Origin: Bacteriovoracaceae bacterium
GTDB taxonomy: Bacteria > Bdellovibrionota > Bacteriovoracia > Bacteriovoracales > Bacteriovoracaceae
Assembly (NCBI GenBank): GCA_048270185.1
Contig: JBLWTJ010000008.1
Location: 1 to 12,945 of the forward strand
Direction of reading: 5' to 3'
DNA: 12,945 nucleotides
In this document: positions 7,566-12,945 of the stretch, one piece after another
How the letters are laid out: the number at the start of each line of letters is the position of its first letter
Position numbering within the stretch: position 1 is the first letter of the stretch
The notes under the pieces: model-generated
Database searches by the model: none
What the model was told of the DNA's origin: nothing
Seen by the model: the letters and a program-made list of their open reading frames with translations, nothing else
Program-made: the position numbers and the translations under genes

Positions 7566-8177
7566 TTATAGTTTTCTGATTGTGCCTTTCTCTAAGGCTG
7601 AAATTATAGTATCTAATTTTGAAGTGTTCTGTGAAGAAATTTCAATCAAGTGAGAAACTGAACTTTCAACTTTTGAATCTTTACTGAGATCTACAGCTTT
7701 GTATTTAGACGGATTTTTTATCTCGTCTAGCTCTCTTTGTTTTCTCACTGCTGCCGTGTGTAGATCGTCGTATAGGTTACTTTGAATTGAAGCTCTTACT
7801 ATGGAACTGATAAATGTTCCATACATGATCAGCGACACAAATGAGCCGACAGCAATAACTGCTATTCCTTGATTCGCAGTATTCGCAACATAGAATGCAC
7901 TTAGGAGCGGTATTAAAGAAGTGATTGAGATTATTACACTACGTTTAATTGCATTATTCATCGAACGATTTTTATCGTAGTTCGTTATCTCGATTACTCT
8001 TCGGTCGTTTTTCGAATCAGTTTCATTATCAGAAAACTTTAGTCTTAGTCCGTTCACATATTCAGAGGCGTAGTAAACAAGCAGGAAGGCAAGGACACCA
8101 GCTAAGTAGTAAGGTACGAATTGAAAGTAACAGCCTATAGCTATCACTATGCTGAAAATTGCATTGAAAAAAATCAT
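7566..8177 (-). CDS. hypothetical integral membrane protein (~4 TM helices, charged C-tail)
   Basis: Two hydrophobic hairpins separated by a charged loop. Promoter at 8227-8200. Confidence 0.85.
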   Translation of the reverse strand: MIFFNAIFSIVIAIGCYFQFVPYYLAGVLAFLLVYYASEYVNGLRLKFSDNETDSKNDRRVIEITNYDKNRSMNNAIKRSVIISITSLIPLLSAFYVANTANQGIAVIAVGSFVSLIMYGTFISSIVRASIQSNLYDDLHTAAVRKQRELDEIKNPSKYKAVDLSKDSKVESSVSHLIEISSQNTSKLDTIISALEKGTIRKL

Positions 8178-8199
8178 GTTTCATTCTCTTTGAGTGCTT

Positions 8200-8261
8200 A
8201 TTATACAGTTATTGCTTTTAAAGTAAATAGTGCTTGACTTTGTTTTTATTTATATTAATAT
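8200..8261. promoter_or_regulatory. divergent promoter pair, both with 16-bp spacers
   Basis: Minus: TTTACT (8227-8222), N16, TATAAT (8205-8200). Plus: TTGACT (8234-8239), N16, TAATAT (8256-8261). Confidence 0.65.
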
Positions 8262-8324
8262 TTTGGTTGTTGGTAAGCAATACCAATGACAAAAAAATTA
8301 ATCAATTAAAGTAAGGGTTTAACT

Positions 8325-8426
8325 ATGGCTAAGCGCGTTGGTGCTAAGAAAGCACTTCAAATGATGGATGATGTTAAAAAGCATGTTGCTCAACAAGCTA
8401 AGAAAGAGTCCAAAGACAAATCCTAA
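8325..8426 (+). CDS. 33-aa basic small protein MAKRVGAKKALQMMDDVKKHVAQQAKKESKDKS (not in ORF track)
   Basis: Own promoter, TAAGGG SD, ATG 8325 to TAA 8426, immediate terminator, and codons typical of highly expressed genes (GCT, GTT, GGT). Confidence 0.75.
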   Translation: MAKRVGAKKALQMMDDVKKHVAQQAKKESKDKS

Positions 8427-8441
8427 TTTTTAGGTATTAAG

Positions 8442-8471
8442 AAAACCTTGGCTATTAAGCCAGGGTTTTTT
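8442..8471 (+). terminator. intrinsic terminator
   Basis: AAAACCTTGGCT-ATTA-AGCCAGGGTTTTTT (one G-U pair). Confidence 0.85.
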
Positions 8472-8492
8472 GATCTGTAAGGGAAATGCTGA

Positions 8493-9101
8493 ATGCGATA
8501 CTCATTACTAATCTGTATGATTTTAATGCTCGGTTGTGCAAGAGCGAATGCAATGGATAGGACAGGAGTCGAACCGTCAGATCCATTCAATTTTTCTAAA
8601 ATTGCCGATGATCTCATGAAAAGTTATGACATTGTGGATATGAAAATTTCAATGTTCAGTGAGCAAAACACGGTATGTCGATTTTTAAAAATGTCATTCT
8701 TCGAGATTGAAGTGGTATCGAGACTTATAGATTTCGGCGGTGATGATTTGCAAGGAACTCAAAACGCTAAGCAATATCAGCAGTATTTTCTGAATAGAAA
8801 GATTCAGTTTGATGAAAGAACCAGTCTGTCTATGGGTGTGGGCGCGGTACTATCATTTAAAACTGATGAATCCATGAGAAATCTTCTTGCGAACAATGCT
8901 TTGGTAATTGAAAAGACAGGCGTTCCCGTAATGATGTCTCAAATTTCATTCAATACAACCCAACCGATCTCAGAGCATTCAACTATAAATTTTGGGATTA
9001 AGGTCGTAAAGGATTTTGACGCATTCGGATCAAAAAAGGGTATGTATCAAAAGAGTATGAGTGAGTCTCAGCTATCCTTAGAATACGTGCTTACATTTTA
9101 A
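8493..9101 (+). CDS. putative outer-membrane beta-barrel protein (202 aa)
   Basis: Signal peptide ending A-N-A, alternating amphipathic strands, and C-terminal QLSLEYVLTF beta-signal with terminal Phe. Confidence 0.65.
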   Translation: MRYSLLICMILMLGCARANAMDRTGVEPSDPFNFSKIADDLMKSYDIVDMKISMFSEQNTVCRFLKMSFFEIEVVSRLIDFGGDDLQGTQNAKQYQQYFLNRKIQFDERTSLSMGVGAVLSFKTDESMRNLLANNALVIEKTGVPVMMSQISFNTTQPISEHSTINFGIKVVKDFDAFGSKKGMYQKSMSESQLSLEYVLTF

Positions 9102-9110
9102 CTTTTTATA

Positions 9111-9139
9111 TTGATTAATAATTCTCATAACGTTATGAT
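9111..9139 (+). promoter_or_regulatory. promoter of the RING/TerD gene with 14-bp palindromic operator candidate
   Basis: TTGATT (9111-9116), N17, TATGAT (9134-9139). Perfect palindrome TCATAACGTTATGA at 9125-9138. Confidence 0.6.
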
Positions 9140-9188
9140 TAATGGCTAATTAAATTAAATAAAATCTAGTCAATCTAAAGGATTCTTC

Positions 9189-11750
9189 ATGAAAACTCAT
9201 GTGCAAACAGAAAATCAAGATAATTCGAACTTTCAACACTTACAATCAATAATGCTTTCAAAGCGTAGTGCGTACTATGTAAAGAGCGAATCATCTTCCA
9301 ACCCTGTGAGCGCTGAAATCGCTAAAGAGATTTTTGATGAGATAGACACAGAGATGCTGCGTCTAGGTTACGTCATGTCAGCACATTTAAAGCTTTCGTT
9401 AAAACAGCTTTCAGAAGAATCTTTGATTGAAGAAGCTAAGTCACTTATCTATACGCTTTCTGAAGCAAAAGGTGATCTTAATAATTTTGTGACTCTTCAC
9501 GCCAACTTCCCTTATACAGCTCAAGATCGTTCTTACCATGATAACCGAGCTGGAGTGATTTTTAGCCACATCTTCGGCTTAAATGCCAAACCTACTTCAC
9601 TTCAGGTCAAGTTACCATGCGGTTGTTCTTTCGATGATCAATTATTCGACTTATCCATGTTCAATGCTTGCCCTGTATGCCAGCATCAAGTCGAGGGATT
9701 ATCCGACAATGTAGAAGGTGAAAAGCAAGGAACTGTTGAATTTTCTCTTAACGATAACATCGTTAAGTTATCAAATGTTGGACTAGCATCTAAAGCTGAT
9801 TTATTTGAGGTTTTCGGCAACTTACTAGCATCAAGCACATCAGTTACGGCTTTTGATAAAGAGTTTGTTAAGCAAGTCATTATTGAATTCAAAGAAGAGG
9901 CTCTTGAATACATTCCTGTTTCGATTGCACATAAAGAACAACTTTGCTTTCTTACTGGAGTGATTTCTGAACACTTGCCAGAAGCTATTGAGCTTATGAG
10001 ACACAAATTCAAAACATATACGGATGTGTTGCGATTAGCAGCTTACCTGAGTGGTTTTGATGTTTCTCTTGAGGCATGTAAGAAAATCAGATTTAAGCTG
10101 TCCAGAAAGCAACGTAAGTTGGTTATGACTCTATTAGATAGACATATGCTTATGGAAGACATGATTCGTCGTAGAGGGCTTTTCTTAGCCTTAGGTCGAT
10201 ACTTACATGTTGGAGCTGAATCAAACAAGTATCCTCATGCTGCACATGCTTTCAATGTCCTACGCAACGACCATAAAAGTATCAAGACTTTTAACTCGAA
10301 GAAAGAAGCTCTGTTGATGGATGCTATGGGTGTTCAGCAGACCCCAAAAGGAACTATCCCTAAAAAAGACGTGGAAATTCAATTACACAACACATCTTTG
10401 AAAGTAACTATTGGTGATACTGTTGGTGATAAAACACTAAAAACTCTCCTAGCCATGTGTTCGGAAAAACATGAAAGTGTTGAATCTTCTGAAAAGCTTG
10501 CTACTGATTTAAAAGAAAGAGGTGAAGCATTCACAGCTTTGGTAAGCTTACTTTCTTCACGACCAGGAGAGTTTGCCAGAAATATCGATTTGATGTTGAG
10601 AATTGGCGATGCTTTAGGCGATGATTACACCGAAATTGTAATTAATGCTTTAGAAAAATCAGTTGTTCAAGAATTGAAGATTAGTCAGTTATTCCAACTA
10701 AGAGCTTATTTTAATAGCCGTGTGGTAAATGAAGGATACCGATACTTCATTCCAAAAGGAAACCGAGCTAAACTTTTCTATCTTGAAGAGGATAAGCGAG
10801 ATTCACTGAGTCAAGCTAATGCTAATAAAGTATCATTATGTCTATTAGCAGAAATCAACAAACGGCTATCTCAAAAAGAACCCTTGGGTACTGTTTACAT
10901 TGATCCAGCATTAAAGAACATTGTTCTTCCGCTTTCCATGCGATCTATGGCTTCCTCACTATCACTTTATCCAAGAGGTAGCCGAATTCCTTTAGAGAAA
11001 GATGCAGACATCCTGCGCATGTTCATGTACTGGAAAGGTGAAGTTGATTTTGACTTGAGTGCAAAAGCGCTTGATGAAAGCTGGAACACAATGAAAGATA
11101 TTGGGTATTGGACATACTGGGATTGTGATCCAGAGGATACATACTCTGATTGGAGTCAGGACGAATGGGCTAGGTTCAGTGGCGATATTCAAGATGCACC
11201 ATTGGGCGCTGCTGAGTGTATTGATATCAATATCAAAAAATGCGCTGACATGGGTATCCGATATGTAGTTATGTTCGTTAATATCTTCAGCGGCGGTAAA
11301 TTTGAAGATTACAATGCCTTTGTTGGAGTGATGGAAAGAAAGGATGCTAAAGTTGGTGAGTTGTTTGAACCATCTTCTGTTAGTCAGAAACTTGACCTTG
11401 TTGGAGAAAGCAAAGGTTGCGTTCCTTTAATCTTGGATATCCAGGATATGTCTTACTTCGTTTGCGATATGGACTCTTCGACTAGAGCCGATGGTCTAAA
11501 CTCCAGCACAGAATCTAAAAAGATGATTAATATAGCTAAATCAACGGAAGCAATGAGCCGTACAAATCCTACGATGTACGACTTGGCGTTAGCGAATGCT
11601 GTTGCAAGAGGTCAACGTGTCACTTTAGTAGATAAACCTATTGAAGAAATCGTTAATGATGAAGTCGTGAGGCACGAAATTGACTTTAGGTTCGATATGG
11701 ATTTTGCCATGCAATTAGATACCGTAATGGGTAAATGGCTTGTAGATTAA
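9189..11750 (+). CDS. prokaryotic RING-like Zn knuckle + helical domain + C-terminal TerD-like domain protein (resembles the MXAN_6230/SCO0854 family)
   Basis: LPCGC...FDLSMFNACPVC knuckle, TYTDVLRLA, RYLHVG, RPGEFARNID, PRGSRIP, and TerD-like acidic motifs DFDLSA and FSGDIQDAP..AAECIDI. AAGGA SD. Family assignment is from motif recognition, not a search. Confidence 0.8.
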   Translation: MKTHVQTENQDNSNFQHLQSIMLSKRSAYYVKSESSSNPVSAEIAKEIFDEIDTEMLRLGYVMSAHLKLSLKQLSEESLIEEAKSLIYTLSEAKGDLNNFVTLHANFPYTAQDRSYHDNRAGVIFSHIFGLNAKPTSLQVKLPCGCSFDDQLFDLSMFNACPVCQHQVEGLSDNVEGEKQGTVEFSLNDNIVKLSNVGLASKADLFEVFGNLLASSTSVTAFDKEFVKQVIIEFKEEALEYIPVSIAHKEQLCFLTGVISEHLPEAIELMRHKFKTYTDVLRLAAYLSGFDVSLEACKKIRFKLSRKQRKLVMTLLDRHMLMEDMIRRRGLFLALGRYLHVGAESNKYPHAAHAFNVLRNDHKSIKTFNSKKEALLMDAMGVQQTPKGTIPKKDVEIQLHNTSLKVTIGDTVGDKTLKTLLAMCSEKHESVESSEKLATDLKERGEAFTALVSLLSSRPGEFARNIDLMLRIGDALGDDYTEIVINALEKSVVQELKISQLFQLRAYFNSRVVNEGYRYFIPKGNRAKLFYLEEDKRDSLSQANANKVSLCLLAEINKRLSQKEPLGTVYIDPALKNIVLPLSMRSMASSLSLYPRGSRIPLEKDADILRMFMYWKGEVDFDLSAKALDESWNTMKDIGYWTYWDCDPEDTYSDWSQDEWARFSGDIQDAPLGAAECIDINIKKCADMGIRYVVMFVNIFSGGKFEDYNAFVGVMERKDAKVGELFEPSSVSQKLDLVGESKGCVPLILDIQDMSYFVCDMDSSTRADGLNSSTESKKMINIAKSTEAMSRTNPTMYDLALANAVARGQRVTLVDKPIEEIVNDEVVRHEIDFRFDMDFAMQLDTVMGKWLVD

Positions 11751-11760
11751 GGTTGTAATA

Positions 11761-11789
11761 AAAAAGCCCATTCAATTGAATGGGCTTTT
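11761..11789 (+). terminator. intrinsic terminator (bidirectional type)
   Basis: Perfect 28-bp palindrome AAAAGCCCATTCAA-TTGAATGGGCTTTT (11762-11789). Confidence 0.9.
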
Positions 11790-11808
11790 AATTTAAAGAT
11801 AAAAAAGA

Positions 11809-11837
11809 TTGCATTTAGAATACCTTTAGAGTAGTAT
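11809..11837 (+). promoter_or_regulatory. promoter for the non-coding unit
   Basis: TTGCAT (11809-11814), N17, TAGTAT (11832-11837), with an A-tract upstream. Confidence 0.7.
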
Positions 11838-11843
11838 TTACAA

Positions 11844-12123
11844 CATGGAAGCTTAGAGATGACTTTGAGTTTCTATATCATGGCTTAGAATTTTCTTCCT
11901 TCTAACTATATTTTTTCTTTCAAAAAAAACGCTGATAGAGAATTCAATTTCCATGATTCGCAACTTTGTTGCGATACCATTAGATACTTTGTAGCGTCTA
12001 ATGGTATCTCATTAGAGATGGCACGGCACAAAACTTTCTTCCTTCTAACTTACAAAATTAAAATTGCATATTTGATCATAGAGAGTTTAATTTCCGATAA
12101 AAGCACCCAGAAGGGTGCTTTTT
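11844..12123 (+). ncRNA. candidate structured ncRNA with two copies of one fold (11853-11957 and 12012-12096)
   Basis: No ORF of note, own promoter and terminator. Shared blocks TTAGAGATG, TTTCTTCCTTCTAACT and ATAGAGARTTYAATTTCC, with compensatory changes in the paired stems between copies. Confidence 0.75.
12099..12123 (+). terminator. intrinsic terminator ending the ncRNA unit
   Basis: AAAAGCACCC-AGAA-GGGTGCTTTTT. Confidence 0.9.
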
Positions 12124-12164
12124 GCTTTTATTAAATAATAAAATTGGCGATAAAGGGTTAATAA

Positions 12165-12800
12165 ATGAAAGATTATGAGCTGATATATCAAGGAATTTTA
12201 GAAAAAAATCGGGATTTGATAACTACTGAGGATATTATCGTCGCACTACACCTAAAGAACATTCTTAATCAAAAGATTGTCATGATCAGGTCTATGAGCA
12301 AAGAAAACGATAAGGAAACAGTAATTAATAAGCTTGAGGGAAAGGTTTCTGAGCTTGAGAAAGTTGCTTTGCCAGTGAATGTTATTGATACCATAGAGTG
12401 CTTAGAAAAACTGATAAACAAAAACCCAAACAAGCTAACTGACTTCGATTTATGCTTATCAGAATCGCTCAGAGAGCGTCTGGCTGGTCTTCATAGCTAT
12501 TTAAGGGGGAAGTGTAGTAGAACCAGTTTTGGAAAGAGAGCGCCTTTCACAATCACTTCACTAAAAAGGCTTCCATATAAAAAAGATTTTCGATTGATTT
12601 TTCATTCAATAAAGAGAGCCAGTGACATTGCAGATGAGATTTCAATGTATAAAATCTGGTGCATGGATGGAAATGCAGTCAATGGTCTTGTAATTCATAA
12701 AGATAGAGAAAGATACCTGAATCAGTTAAAAAAACTAAAAGAAGACCTTAATGCAAATATGGATAAAGTTAAGGTTTGGGTTAATTTGCCGAATAGATAA
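12165..12800 (+). CDS. hypothetical protein (211 aa)
   Basis: Long ORF, AAGGG SD, downstream terminator. No recognised motif. Confidence 0.85.
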   Translation: MKDYELIYQGILEKNRDLITTEDIIVALHLKNILNQKIVMIRSMSKENDKETVINKLEGKVSELEKVALPVNVIDTIECLEKLINKNPNKLTDFDLCLSESLRERLAGLHSYLRGKCSRTSFGKRAPFTITSLKRLPYKKDFRLIFHSIKRASDIADEISMYKIWCMDGNAVNGLVIHKDRERYLNQLKKLKEDLNANMDKVKVWVNLPNR

Positions 12801-12804
12801 AAAT

Positions 12805-12837
12805 ATAGAAACCTCTACCTTGAGGTCTCTATGTTTT
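12805..12837 (+). terminator. probable intrinsic terminator
   Basis: ATAGAAACCTC-TACCTT-GAGGTCTCTAT (one mismatch) followed by GTTTT. Confidence 0.6.
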
Positions 12838-12945
12838 ATAAAGCTCTAGAACTCTAAAGCTTTTTCATTAGAAGTATTTATGTCATAAATATAAACTTCA
12901 AAATTCCTGTCTCCAAAATCTATCAAATCATTGCGATTGCAATCT

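Noticed and set aside
1178..11192. Short antisense ORFs nested in longer genes (1178, 1291, 2082, 4695, 5048, 7949, 8423, 9686, 10043, 10992)
   Set aside because: They overlap well-supported genes on the opposite strand and show no motifs or expression signals.
11845..11856. ATG GAA GCT TAG as a leader peptide, with the region as an attenuator or riboswitch for the 12165 gene
   Set aside because: Only 3 codons, and I found no antiterminator pairing with the 12099-12123 stem. Not fully excluded.
11897..11907. TCCTTC motif acting as an anti-Shine-Dalgarno against AAGGA ribosome-binding sites
   Set aside because: Only 5-6 nt of complementarity, which is expected by chance.
11853..12096. Repeated blocks as a mini-CRISPR array or DNA iterons
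   Set aside because: Only two discontinuous copies, no cas or rep gene in the window, and the differences are compensatory, as expected for RNA structure.

Overview
AT-rich, gene-dense accessory-type DNA, probably from a large Vibrionaceae mobile replicon (megaplasmid, jumbo phage or island). This is inferred from a Vibrio-type ssb, short independently promoted and terminated genes and many hypotheticals; no replication, capsid or integrase gene is in view. Recognisable parts are a partial tRNA-Arg(ACG), a minimal HAD phosphatase, a class I SAM-methyltransferase-like protein, dsbB, ssb with a repeat-expanded linker, an R-S-E type ADP-ribosyltransferase candidate, an HD-phosphoesterase/P-loop kinase (HD-Pnk-like), several envelope proteins and an 853-aa prokaryotic-RING/helical/TerD-like protein. 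The most striking signal lies directly downstream of that 853-aa gene. It is an ORF-free ~280-nt unit with its own promoter and terminator (about 11844-12123), holding two diverged copies of one RNA fold with three compensatory base-pair changes and an invariant UCCUUCUAACU loop motif, separated by strong hairpins. I propose it is a ncRNA partner of the RING/TerD protein (a Ro60/Y-RNA-like ribonucleoprotein) in an RNA repair or counter-defence locus. Also seen are an unannotated 33-aa basic ORF and a recurrent promoter class with a 16-bp spacer.
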